Shown: in pieces, positions 7,325 through 18,700 of the stretch
How the letters are laid out: each line of letters opens with the position of its first letter
Numbering within the stretch: the stretch's first letter is position 1
Assembly (NCBI GenBank): GCA_030609125.1
Contig: JAUWCW010000001.1
Span: 1-31,091, forward strand
DNA: 31,091 bases
Source of the DNA: Candidatus Rokuibacteriota bacterium
GTDB lineage: Bacteria > JAUVQV01
Direction of reading: 5' to 3'
Notes under the pieces: model-generated
Told to the model about the DNA's origin: nothing
Databases searched by the model: none
The model's input: only the letters and a program-made list of their open reading frames with translations
Program-made: the position numbers and the translations under genes

Positions 7325-8470
7325 TCAGATTCTATCATCAACGAGGACGAGGTCATCACGGTGGATGACCTCGTCGTAGGCGTATCCGAGCACCAGCCGC
7401 ACCTGGTCGGTGTGCAGCCCCTTGATCCTGGTCACATCGGCGGAGCCGTAGTTGACCAGCCCCCGGGCCACCTCGTTCCCGTCGGGCCCGACGACCCGCA
7501 CGGCGTCCCCGGCGCTGAACTCACCCTTCACGCCGGTGATTCCCGCGGGCAGAAGGCTCTTGCCCCCCTTGAGGACGGCCCGGGCCGCCCCGGCATCGAC
7601 GTCAACCCTCCCCTGGGGCGGGATGGAGTGAAGGATCCAGTGCTTTCTTCCCGCCATCTTCCGGCGGGGGGGGACGAAGAGGGTCCCCTTCTCCCTGCCG
7701 GCGAGCACGTCGTCTATGGCCCCCGGGTCCCTGCCGTCGGCGATCACCATGGGAATGCCGAAGTCCATGACCTTCTGCGCCGCCAGGAGCTTGGTGTACA
7801 TGCCGCCCGTGCCGATGCCCGAGCCGGCCTCTCCCGCCGCCTCCAGGAGTTCGCCGGTGATCTCGCGCACGGAAGGGATGAGACAGGCGCCGTCCTCGCA
7901 CCGGGGATCGGCGGTGAAGAGCCCCTCCACGTCGGAGAGAATCAGGAGCAGGTCCGCTTCGGCGAGACAGGCGACGGTGGCGGAGAGACTGTCGTTGTCG
8001 CCGACCTGAATTTCCTCCACGGCCACGCTGTCGTTCTCGTTGACGATGGGAACCACCCGGTGGGCGAGGAGAGTGAAGAGGGTGTTGCGGGCGTTCAGAT
8101 AACGCTTGCGGAAGGAAAACTCGTCCCGTGTGAGCAGGATCTGGGCGACCTGGCAGCCCCTCCTGGAAAAGGCCCTCTCGTAGGCCCACATCAGGTAGCT
8201 CTGGCCGATGGCGGCGGCAGCCTGTTTTTCCGGGATGTTCTGCGGGCGGCGGGAAAGGCCCAGCTTCGCCATGCCCGCGGCGATGGCTCCGGAAGAGGTG
8301 ATCAGCATCTCCCGGCCTTCCCCGTGGTGGCGGCTGACGGTCTCCGCCAGGGCGTCGATCTTTTCCGCGCTCAGCTGCCGCCCGTCCGTTATCAGACTGC
8401 TGCCGATCTTGACGACCACCCGCCGGGCGTCTGCGGCGATCTTCCTGCGCTCTCGTGCTGCTGATTTCAC
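7325..8470 (-). CDS. proB: Glutamate 5-kinase with C-terminal PUA domain
   Basis: VVVKIGSS, SSGAIAAG, AAIGQ, IVNENDSV, GDNDSLSA, GTGGMYTK, PUA (KSLLPAGI). Start placed at GTG 8470 because the track's TTG 8533 is the -35 of a promoter. Confidence 0.95.
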   Translation of the reverse strand: MKSAARERRKIAADARRVVVKIGSSLITDGRQLSAEKIDALAETVSRHHGEGREMLITSSGAIAAGMAKLGLSRRPQNIPEKQAAAAIGQSYLMWAYERAFSRRGCQVAQILLTRDEFSFRKRYLNARNTLFTLLAHRVVPIVNENDSVAVEEIQVGDNDSLSATVACLAEADLLLILSDVEGLFTADPRCEDGACLIPSVREITGELLEAAGEAGSGIGTGGMYTKLLAAQKVMDFGIPMVIADGRDPGAIDDVLAGREKGTLFVPPRRKMAGRKHWILHSIPPQGRVDVDAGAARAVLKGGKSLLPAGITGVKGEFSAGDAVRVVGPDGNEVARGLVNYGSADVTRIKGLHTDQVRLVLGYAYDEVIHRDDLVLVDDRI

Positions 8471-8504
8471 CAGGGGCCCGTCCGTTTCGAGGTGTCTGGA
8501 AAAC

Positions 8505-8533
8505 AGTATGCGTCGATTTGGGGCGGCGGTCAA
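8505..8533 (-). promoter_or_regulatory. Putative sigma70 promoter of proBA
   Basis: Minus strand TTGACC-N17-CATACT in the obgE-proB gap. Confidence 0.55.
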
Positions 8534-8564
8534 ATAGTGGGAAACAGCCGTCCTGCGGGACGCG

Positions 8565-9927
<1,363 letters not shown>

Positions 9928-9965
9928 AAGAGTGTCTCCCTGGAACAGGCAGCGAAGGCTGCCCG

Positions 9966-10283
9966 TTACTTCTCCACATCGATGGAGTTGATCCTGACCC
10001 TCGTCATCTTCTGCCGGTGGCCGGTCTTCTTGCGGTGGTCCTTGCGGCGCTTGTGCTTGAAAACGATGATCTTGGGGCCCTTCACCTCGCCCACGATCTC
10101 GCCGGTCACCTTGACCTGGGAGAGAGTGGGGCGTCCAATCAGCGTGTCTTCGTCGCCGACGCACATCAGCACCCTGTCGAAGCTGATCGGCTCGCCGGGC
10201 GTGCGGCCGACCTGCTCGATATCGATCATGTCGCCCACCGACACCCTGTACTGTTTGCCGCTCGTCTCGAGGACGGTATACAT
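9966..10283 (-). CDS. rplU: 50S ribosomal protein L21
   Basis: [14 protein letters not shown]...[13 protein letters not shown]...GHRQ; ATG 10283 with AGGAGG RBS. Confidence 0.97.
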   Translation of the reverse strand: MYTVLETSGKQYRVSVGDMIDIEQVGRTPGEPISFDRVLMCVGDEDTLIGRPTLSQVKVTGEIVGEVKGPKIIVFKHKRRKDHRKKTGHRQKMTRVRINSIDVEK

Positions 10284-10331
10284 CTCGCTTACCTCCTGCT
10301 GCGCTCTTCTGCCTCTGATCGGGAACAAGGA

Positions 10332-10360
10332 AATTTACTCAATCAGAGCGTGTTTGTCAA
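10332..10360 (-). promoter_or_regulatory. Putative internal sigma70 promoter for rplU-rpmA-obgE
   Basis: Minus strand TTGACA(10360-55)-N17-TAAATT(10337-32). Confidence 0.65.
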
Positions 10361-10371
10361 CCGGAAAGCTG

Positions 10372-12006
10372 CTATTTTCTCCCTTTTACCTCGAACTGCT
10401 CGTGGTGAAAGGCGGTTTCCACCTTGGCGTGGACCTTCTTCCGCACCTGTTTCTCCACCTTGACGAGAAGGTCCCGCTTCTCGTCGAGCAGAAGCGTGAC
10501 GATGTCGGCGTGGGCCTTCACCTCCAGGTGGCGCTCCCGGGTCCTTGGGGCGATCCGCTGGATTTCCCTGAAAATTTCGCTGCAGATCGTCTGGTTGTCC
10601 TTGATGTAGCTGCGGCCTTCGCAGTAGGGGCAGGGGCGGGTCAGCAGCTTCAGGACCGACTCCCTCGTACGCTTTCTCGTCATTTCCACGAGGCCGAACT
10701 GGGAAATCTTGAGAATCTTGGTGTTCGCCTTGTCCGGCTTGAGGGCCTCGTCGAGAGCCCGGTAGACCTTTTCGCGGTTCTTCGCCACCGACATGTCGAT
10801 CAGGTCGAGAATGATGATGCCGCCCAGATTGCGCAGCCTGAGCTGGCGGCTGATCTCCTTGACCGCCTCGAGGTTCGTCTTCAGAACGGTCTCCTCCAGG
10901 TTGCCCTTGCCGACGAAACGGCCGGTGTTGACGTCGATGGAAACCAGGGCTTCCGTCTCGTCGATCAGCAGGTGGCCCCCCGACTTGAGCCAGACCTTGC
11001 GGCGCAGCAGCTTCTGGATCTCCGGCTCGATCTCGAGAATGTCGAAGAGGAGGCGACGGCCGGAATGGTAGGCGACCCGCTGCCGGAAATGGGGCGAGAA
11101 GGTCCGGACGAATTCGGCCACCCGGCGGTAGTCCTCCTTGTTGTCTATGAGAAGACGGTCGGTGTCGGAGGTGAAAAGCTCTCTCACCGACTTGAGCACC
11201 GGGTCGAGCTCGGAGTGGATGAGGGTCGCCGGGGGGGATTCCTCGCTCTTTTTCTTGATTTTCTTCCAGGTCCGGACGAGATAGCCCAGGTCGGCGGCGA
11301 GCTCTTCCTCGCTGCACCCCTCGGCCTCGGTGCGGACAATGACCCCGTTTTCGATGGGCTTGATTTTCTGAATGATCTCCTTGAGGCGGTGTCGCTCCTT
11401 GCCCTGGGAGATGCGCCGGGATATGCCTACGTGGGTCTCGGTGGGCATGAAGACGATAAAGCGCCCGGGGAGCGAGATGTGAGAAGTCAGCCGGGCGCCC
11501 TTGGTTCCCATGGCGTCCTTGGCGATCTGGACGATGAGCTCCTGGCCCTCGTGGACAATGTCCTGGATCTTCTGGCTCCGCTTCCGGGGCTTTCTCGGGG
11601 CCTTGCCCCCCCAGGACTCGTATTCGTCCAGGAGGGTCTCGCTGACCTCCGAGATGTAGAGAAACCCCGCCTTCTCCTGGCCGATGTCTACGAAGGCGGC
11701 CTGCATGCCGGGCAGGACGTTCGTCACCCTGCCCCGGTAGATGTTGCCCACCGTTCCCTGCTCCTGCTTCCACTCCTGGAGAAACTCCACGGCGACGTTG
11801 TTCTCCAGGAGGGCCACCCGCACTTCAAAGGTGTTGGAGCTGACGACGAGCTGCTTCGGGTAGGGCTTTTTTATCTCCTCGACGGGCATCTTCCCCAGGA
11901 GCCTGCCGATGCGCCGGCCGGTCTCCTGGAAGACCCGTGTCAGCTTCTGCAGGTAGCGGTCCTTGCCCGGTTTCTGCTGTTTGTCAGATTTATCGGTGTT
12001 TTCCAT
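10372..12006 (-). CDS. rng: Rne/Rng family ribonuclease (RNase G-like) with about 50-aa N-terminal extension
   Basis: GNIYRGRVTNVLPGMQAAFVDIG, S1 domain, KGARLT, IDVNTG, RQLRLRNLGGIIILDLIDM, SQFGLVEMTRKR, CPYC; no long RNase E scaffold tail. Confidence 0.92.
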   Translation of the reverse strand: MENTDKSDKQQKPGKDRYLQKLTRVFQETGRRIGRLLGKMPVEEIKKPYPKQLVVSSNTFEVRVALLENNVAVEFLQEWKQEQGTVGNIYRGRVTNVLPGMQAAFVDIGQEKAGFLYISEVSETLLDEYESWGGKAPRKPRKRSQKIQDIVHEGQELIVQIAKDAMGTKGARLTSHISLPGRFIVFMPTETHVGISRRISQGKERHRLKEIIQKIKPIENGVIVRTEAEGCSEEELAADLGYLVRTWKKIKKKSEESPPATLIHSELDPVLKSVRELFTSDTDRLLIDNKEDYRRVAEFVRTFSPHFRQRVAYHSGRRLLFDILEIEPEIQKLLRRKVWLKSGGHLLIDETEALVSIDVNTGRFVGKGNLEETVLKTNLEAVKEISRQLRLRNLGGIIILDLIDMSVAKNREKVYRALDEALKPDKANTKILKISQFGLVEMTRKRTRESVLKLLTRPCPYCEGRSYIKDNQTICSEIFREIQRIAPRTRERHLEVKAHADIVTLLLDEKRDLLVKVEKQVRKKVHAKVETAFHHEQFEVKGRK

Positions 12007-14537
12007 TGTTCATCCTGTGTTACGAGATTGGCAGTTCTGGTTATTTTCCATCCGAACTCCTCTTCCTTGCTGAACCCGCCCGCGACTCTGATCACGTCGC
12101 CGGGGCGGGGGGCGCTTCCGTTGACGCGGTGCAGGGAGAGGAGGAGCTCGATTTCCGACCCGCTCTCGCCGCTGAGCTCGGCCCCGGCGATGGACGGACG
12201 CAAGTTGACGGTCTTGATTTTTCCCCGGCGGGTCCTCTCCATGTTCAGATCGTCGTCGGCCTGCAGCCTGGAGAGGAGCCACTCGCCGGGTTCTTCAGAG
12301 GGGAGGTGCTCTTTGGGGAGGATCACGCGGTACGTCTGCAGGTCGATTATGTCGAAGAGGGACCGGCTCCTGGCATGCACCGCCACGGCCTGCCTGATCT
12401 CGATGCCCTCGGGAAGAGCGGCATTGAGCCTCCGGGCGATTTCTGCCGGGTTGAAGACAGCGCTCGTCTCAATGTCGATGTACTCCCGGTCCCCTTCGTA
12501 GCCGATCGGCAGGGGCGGTCCCGGCTGGATTTTCGGGTGGGGAGTGTGCCCCTGGGAGTAGGCTATCGGAATCTTCGCCCTCCGCAGGGCGCGGTGAAAC
12601 ATTCTCATCAGCGAAAGGTGCGGCAGGTACTTCATGCGGTCGTACTTGGCGAATTCCAGGCGGACCTTACCGTTTACCGTGGGGGGCCTGGGGAAAGCCG
12701 CCGCCGGCGCCCCCATCGCCTCATCCTCCCCGCCGGGCATGGGGTAGTCCTCGCAGAGTCCGCAGGAGGGGCAGTCCGTCGGATCGCAGGCGGGAGAAGG
12801 GACCGCTTCGAGGGCGCGGTTACGCTCCTCGAGAAGGAACTCCTTCAGGCCCGCCGAAGTGAAGTGGTCCCAGGGGAGGGGCTCACCGGGACGGCGCTCC
12901 CTGCCTATGAAGGCGTCCAGGTCGACGCCGTGTTCGCGGAAGGCCTCCGCCCAGGGCTGGAAGTCGAAATTTTCCGTCCACCCGTCGAAGGTCCGCCCCC
13001 TCTCCCAGGCCGAACGGATGACCCCGGCCATTCGACGGTCGCCCCGTGAGATGGCTCCCTCCAGGGCCGAAAGCTCCGGCTGATGCCACTTGAAGGCAAT
13101 GCCCCTCCTTTTCAGCCGGGCGCGAAGCCGGCCGAGGAGGGGATGAAGCTCCGAGGGGGTGAGCTGGGACGACCACTGAAAAGGGGTGTGCGGCTTGGGC
13201 ACGAAGGAGGAAACACTCACGCTCAGATGGGGGAAGCGGCCCAGGATCCCTTTGCCCGCTTTGCGGATCCTCATCGCGAGGTCGACGATGGCGTCCCTGT
13301 CGTCATCCGTCTCCGTGGGCAGGCCGATCATGAAATAGAGCTTGACCCGGTTCCACCCTTCCCGGAAAAGGCGGGAGCAGGTCTCCATGATCTGCTCCTC
13401 CGTCACTCCCTTGCTCACCACGTCCCGCAGCCGCTGGCTCCCGGCCTCGGGCGCTATGGTGAAACCCGTTCGTCTGACCTTCTTCACCTCGCGCAGAATG
13501 CCGTCCGTGATCGTCCCCGGCCGGAGAGAGGGCAGGGAAATGGAGACCTTCTCGTCGGCGTACCTGGCCATCAGCTCCGCCAGGAGGGGCTCCAGGCGCC
13601 GGTAGTCACCGCAGCTCAGGGCCGCGAGAGAGATTTCGTCGTAGCCCGTTGAGGCCAGGCTCTTGTCGGCCATCTCCAGGACCGTCCGGGGACTGCGCTC
13701 GCGGTAGGGCCGGTAGGTGGTGGCGGCCTGACAGAAACGGCAGCGCTGGATGCAGCCGCGGGCGATCTCGACGGTGACCCGGTCGTGTGTGGTCTCCAGG
13801 TAGGGCACGGGGGGGCGGACGGGGTAGGGCGCCGAATCGAGGTCGATGAGGGTCCTCTTTCTGATGACCGCCGGTACGCCTGCATGGAGCGGCTCGAGAG
13901 AGAGAATTCCCTCCCCTCCCTCGCCGGTCACCGCCCGGTAGAGGGAAGGCACGTAGACCCCTTCGATCTGTGCCAGCTTCCGCAAAGTGCTCTCCCGCTC
14001 CCTGCCTTTCCCCGCGGCGAGAGCGGCCGCTATCTCGAGGATCGCCTCCTCGCCGTCCCCGATGAGGAAGAAGTCGAAAAACTCCGCCAGCACCTCCGGG
14101 TTGGCCGCTCCCGGACCCCCTCCCCCGACAAAAGGGTGGCTTCCGGTGCGGTCCCGCGACGCCAGGGGAATTCCCGCAAGATCGAGTATGTTGAGGATGT
14201 TGGTGTACGTCAGTTCGTAGGGGAGCGTGAAACCCACCAGGTCGAAGTCTCCCAGGGGACGGCCGGATTCGAGGGATTCCAGGGGGAGGCCCAGGCGCCG
14301 CAGCTGCTCAGCCCGATCCGTCCAGGGGGCGAAGGCCCGCTCGGCGAGAAACTCCTCCCTGGCGTTGAGGATTTCGTAGAGGATCTTCAGGCCCAGGTGG
14401 GACATGCCGAGTTCGTACAGATCGGGGAAGACGAGGGCTATTCTTGCCTTCGCCTTCTCGAAGTCCTTGTGGGACGCGTTCACTTCCCCATCCAGGTACT
14501 GCAGGGGATTCGTGACGAAAAGGTTGTGATCGGTCAC
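11940..14537 (-). CDS. TIGR03960-type B12-binding radical SAM protein fused to C-terminal TIGR03936/DUF2344 domain
   Basis: ALVFPDLYELGMSHLGLKILY N-terminus; CIQRCRFC (CxxxCxxC); APEAGSQRLR; KLYFMIGLPTET; FVPKPHTPFQW; linker Cx4Cx2Cx2C; C-terminal RALRRAKIPIAYSQGHTPHP. GTGA overlap with rluD. Confidence 0.88.
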   Translation of the reverse strand: MTDHNLFVTNPLQYLDGEVNASHKDFEKAKARIALVFPDLYELGMSHLGLKILYEILNAREEFLAERAFAPWTDRAEQLRRLGLPLESLESGRPLGDFDLVGFTLPYELTYTNILNILDLAGIPLASRDRTGSHPFVGGGGPGAANPEVLAEFFDFFLIGDGEEAILEIAAALAAGKGRERESTLRKLAQIEGVYVPSLYRAVTGEGGEGILSLEPLHAGVPAVIRKRTLIDLDSAPYPVRPPVPYLETTHDRVTVEIARGCIQRCRFCQAATTYRPYRERSPRTVLEMADKSLASTGYDEISLAALSCGDYRRLEPLLAELMARYADEKVSISLPSLRPGTITDGILREVKKVRRTGFTIAPEAGSQRLRDVVSKGVTEEQIMETCSRLFREGWNRVKLYFMIGLPTETDDDRDAIVDLAMRIRKAGKGILGRFPHLSVSVSSFVPKPHTPFQWSSQLTPSELHPLLGRLRARLKRRGIAFKWHQPELSALEGAISRGDRRMAGVIRSAWERGRTFDGWTENFDFQPWAEAFREHGVDLDAFIGRERRPGEPLPWDHFTSAGLKEFLLEERNRALEAVPSPACDPTDCPSCGLCEDYPMPGGEDEAMGAPAAAFPRPPTVNGKVRLEFAKYDRMKYLPHLSLMRMFHRALRRAKIPIAYSQGHTPHPKIQPGPPLPIGYEGDREYIDIETSAVFNPAEIARRLNAALPEGIEIRQAVAVHARSRSLFDIIDLQTYRVILPKEHLPSEEPGEWLLSRLQADDDLNMERTRRGKIKTVNLRPSIAGAELSGESGSEIELLLSLHRVNGSAPRPGDVIRVAGGFSKEEEFGWKITRTANLVTQDEQWKTPINLTNSRNRARTATCRS

Positions 14538-15478
14538 CGGGGGAGAATCCTCTCGAAGGGCCCGGGAAGGGGAGCCTCAAGCCGCAGCGTCGTGCCGGTC
14601 ACGGGGTGACGACAGCTTATTTTCCAGGCGTGCAGGGCAAGACGCGTTTCGAAGCCGTACCGCCTGCCGGCGGCGTAATAGGAGCTTCCCCTCCGCGGCT
14701 TGGGGCCGTAAATCGGGTCGCCCAGAACGGGGTGGCGGCTTTCGGCGAGGTGGACCCGGATCTGGTGGGTCCGTCCCGTTTCGGGGTGCAGCTCGACGAG
14801 GCTCGCCTCCTCGAGTTTCCTGAGAACGCGGTAGCGTGTCACGGCCGTTCTCGGCTTCTCCGTGCGGGACGAGATCTTCTTCCTCTCCCGGCGGTCCCGG
14901 CCGATGGAGGTGTCCCAGATCCCCTGGTCCCGCCGGAAGCTGCCGGCGGCGACGGCCAGGTAGGTCTTGTCCACTCTCCGGCGGGCGAACTGTGAGGCCA
15001 GGCGGCGGTGGGCGATGTCGTTCTTCGCCACCAGGACGATCCCCGACGTGTCCTTGTCCAGGCGGTGCACGATGCCCGGCCGTCCCGCCCCTCCGGCCCG
15101 GGAGAGAGAGGGGCTCATGTGCAGAAGGGCGTTGACGAGAGTCCCTCCCGGATGGCCGGGAGCGGGGTGGACGACCATCCCCGGCGGCTTGTCGACTGCC
15201 AGAAGGTCGTCGTCCTCGTAAATGGTGCACAGCGGGATGTCTTCGGGGAGGTGCGCGGACTTCTCCGGTTCAGGGAGGGTGATGCGAAGCAGGTCCTTTC
15301 CCCGGGCCAGGTACCGTTTCGGGGCGGGGCGGTCGTTGACGGTGACCAGACCGATGCTGATCATCTTCTGCACACGGCTCCGGGAAAGGTCCGGAATGAG
15401 CCGGGGAATCAGCTGGTCAAGCCGAACGCCGGCTACCCGGTCCTCGACCCGAAAAAGGAAGGTCCTGTTCTGTTCCAT
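14534..15478 (-). CDS. rluD: RluA/RluD family 23S rRNA pseudouridine synthase
   Basis: N-terminal S4 domain (RLDQ...SRSRVQKMI), VDKPPGMVVHP, HRLDKDTSG, TGRTHQIRVH, GDPIYG. Confidence 0.9.
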   Translation of the reverse strand: MEQNRTFLFRVEDRVAGVRLDQLIPRLIPDLSRSRVQKMISIGLVTVNDRPAPKRYLARGKDLLRITLPEPEKSAHLPEDIPLCTIYEDDDLLAVDKPPGMVVHPAPGHPGGTLVNALLHMSPSLSRAGGAGRPGIVHRLDKDTSGIVLVAKNDIAHRRLASQFARRRVDKTYLAVAAGSFRRDQGIWDTSIGRDRRERKKISSRTEKPRTAVTRYRVLRKLEEASLVELHPETGRTHQIRVHLAESRHPVLGDPIYGPKPRRGSSYYAAGRRYGFETRLALHAWKISCRHPVTGTTLRLEAPLPGPFERILPR

Positions 15479-15564
15479 GGAGTACGCACGTCCCGAAAAA
15501 TATATAAGCCAGCCGGCATGTTTACTCAGTCACGGCGGCCTTGTCGACAAAATATTATTCTAAA

Positions 15565-15593
15565 ATAATACCTTCCCCGTCCGGTTTTGTCAA
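15565..15593 (-). promoter_or_regulatory. Near-consensus sigma70 promoter of the rluD operon
   Basis: Minus strand TTGACA(15593-88)-N17-TATTAT(15570-65) in an AT-rich divergent intergenic region. Confidence 0.7.
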
Positions 15594-15721
15594 CTTTTCC
15601 CGGGGAACACCGGCCGGGAGTGCGCGGATGGTGACCGGAGGGATTTCCCTGCCGGTGCGCTGGGGGGCGGGAAATATGATTTTGTAACCCATTGAAGATA
15701 AAAAAGTATTAAAATACCAGG

Positions 15722-18700
15722 GTGCGCAAAGTCACGGCAGGTATAGCAGTCCTTCTGGCCACGGGAGGCTGGCTCCTCTGGAGCGCCGCCCCGGCGGGGG
15801 CGGTCTCCCCGTGGTCCCACTACGACCGGGCGGGCGGTCTCGTCGACAATACCGTTCAGGTTATCGCCCGCGCCGGCGACGGTACGCTCTGGGTCGGCAC
15901 CAGGGGGGGGCTCAGCCGCTTCGACGGTCACCAGTGGCGAAATGTCACGAAAGAGGACGGCCTTCCCGACGACGACATCAACACGATTTTTCTGGATCCC
16001 GGGGGGCAGGCCTGGCGCGGAACGAGCAGGGGGTTCGGTTTTTTGCGCGACGGGCGGTGGAGCCGCCTCGGCCTGCCCGGGGCCCGGACGGGCGAGAAGG
16101 TGTCGGTCGTCTCCGACGCCGAGGGGAGGATCTGGTTCGGCTACGCCGGCGGGCTGATGAGCTTCGGGGGGGACGAAGAGGGGCTGCAGACGGTGGCGGC
16201 CCTCGACGGCACCCCCGTGACGGCCCTTCTCGCCGACCGCGAGGGAGGGCTCTGGGTCGGCACCAGGGAGGACGTGAGGTACTTCGACGGCGTGGACTGG
16301 ACGGTCCACACCGCCGCCGCCGGTCTCTCGCCCGGGGTTGTGACCAGCCTGCTGGAGGATTCGCGCGGCACCGTCTGGTGCGGCACTGAGGGGGGGCTCT
16401 CCGAATACGACGGCATCGGCTGGACGGCCTACGGCGCCCGTGACGATCTGCCCAACACCCACGTGACCGCCCTGGCGGAGGATCGCAAGGGACGCGTGTG
16501 GATAGGCACCCGGGGCGGAGTCGGCTGGTACGACGGCTACGACTGGATCTGGCTCGGCGAGAGTGAGGGCATCCCCTCCGAGGAGGTGCTTGCGCTGCAG
16601 GCCGACCTGAACGGCTCGATATGGATCGGCACATCACACGGGCTGATAAAGTATGACACCGCCTGGCTTGCCCTCGATTCCGTCGGTTACGACGAAGAGT
16701 CCCCCCGGGGGCCCCTTCTGCGGGACGGTGACGGCCTGCTGTTCATGGGGACGGACGAGGGCTTTCTCGAGATGGACGGGCGCCAGGTGGAGCACGTGGG
16801 ACCCGACGACGACCTGACGGGTCGGGTGAGCGTCTTTCTTGCCGACCTCGAGGGGGACGTCTGGATCGGTACGGACAACGGGCTCTACGTTTACAGCAGG
16901 GGCAGCCTCCGGCACTTCACACCTCCGGAGTACCAGTCAGAGCTCCGCCGGTACGACTACGGCGCCGAGTCGGTGAAGGTTCGCCACTTCGATCGCTACA
17001 ACGGGCTCAAGGACGAGATGGTCACCGCCCTCTGGGGAGTGGGGGAAGAAGAGATGTGGGTCGGCACTCCGAAGGGGCTGAGCCTCTACGCCGACGGGCA
17101 ATGGGACCTGGTCGAAGAGAATGAGCTTCTGGGGAAAGGGGAGATCACCGCCCTGGAGGGTGTCGCGGGGGAGGTGCTCTGGGTGGGGACCCCGGAGGGG
17201 CTGTGGACCCGTCGCGACGAGGAGTGGTCCGTTGTCGGGGCGCTGGCGGGAAAGGCCGTTCGCACCCTCTTCCGGGACCGGGACGGGAACCTCTGGGCCG
17301 GGACCGATCGGGGGGTGTCGCTCTGGAACGGTGAGGCCTGGCGGGACGTCGACCCCGGTGCGGGCCTCTCGGGGAGCGCCGTAGCGGAAATATTCCAGGA
17401 CCGCACGGGTATCATGTGGTTCGGTACCGACGCGGGAGTGGCGAAGTTTGACGGCTCGTACTGGAGCGCCTTCAGCGAGGCCGACGGTCTGCACGCGAAC
17501 GCCATTACCTCCATCATGGAAAACGGGGACGAGCTCTGGTTCGGCTCCTCCGAGGGGGTGACCCTCTACCGTCCCGACCGCGCGGCCCCCGACACGAGCC
17601 TGAAGGCCCCCCCCGGCGGGGTGGTGGGAACTTCGAGCTACCTCTTCGAGTTCGCCGCTTCGGACTTCGAGACCCCCCCGGGCAGGATGCGCTACTCCTG
17701 GCGCCTCGACGACGGCGAATGGAGCGACTTCGGCCGCGAGGCGCGGGTGACGGTGCTGGATCTGGCCAACGGAACCCACACCTTTGCCGTTCGCGGCATG
17801 GACCAGGGCCTCAACATCGACCCCACTCCCGCCGTGGTGAGTTTCCAGGTCGACACGGGGGTCTTCGACCTGGAAGTGGTGGAGATCGCCTTCGAGGACC
17901 TCTACGCATCTCTCTACCAGTTCTACGTCGCCGACAGGGACTTTGAGAAGAGGTCTCCGGCGCGGGTCAGCATCAGGAACAAGTTCGACAAGCCTCTTCG
18001 TGTGAAGGTCAGCTTCTTCATCCCGGGGCTGATGGATTTTCCCGGCGACCGGATCGTCACCATCGGTCCCGGCGAGGTTCTTCCCGTCCCCCTGAGGGTC
18101 GGGCTGAGCGACGCGGTTCTGGGGCTGGAGGAGACGGCGGCCCGCCAAGCCCTGGTCAAGCTGCAGTACAGCCTCCGTGGGGAGATGAAGGAGTCGTCGG
18201 TTTCCCGGTCGGTGACGATCTTCGAGAAGCACAGCATGACGTGGGAGGAGCCGGGCCGGGTCGGGCTCTACGTGACGCACCTGGACCCCGTGGTGGAGCA
18301 GTTCGCCCGCGGGGTTGTGAGTCAGTTCAGGGAGGATGAGAAGGAGACCATAATCTACGACAATCTCCTGCGGGGGATCGAAATCTTCGACGCCCTCGGC
18401 GCGTACGGCGTGCGCTACATCCCCGACCCCGAAAACCCCTACGGCAGTCTGGCTGCCGGGGGAGGAGTGCTCGACCTGATCCGCTTCCCCCGGGAGACCC
18501 TGGTGATGAGGTCCGGCGACTGCGACGACGTCTCCGTGCTCTACGCGGCCCTCCTTCAGAACATAGGGATCGACACGGCCCTCGTCGACGTCTACGATCA
18601 CGTCTTCGTCATTTTCGACACCGGGCTCAAAAGGGGGCAGTCGGGTCAGCTGACCCGGGACGCTGCGCTGCTGTACGTGGACGAGCAGGACCGGGTCTGG

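Noticed and set aside
15634-15656. GC-rich hairpin ACCGG-AGGG-ATTT-CCCT-G-CCGGT in the divergent intergenic region as an sRNA/riboswitch
   Set aside because: A single short stem with no U-tract or recognisable aptamer; expected by chance at this GC content.
15722-17560. Periodic repeats as a CRISPR or tandem DNA repeat array
   Set aside because: The periodicity is protein-level (propeller blades) with divergent DNA; no identical direct repeats with spacers and no cas genes.
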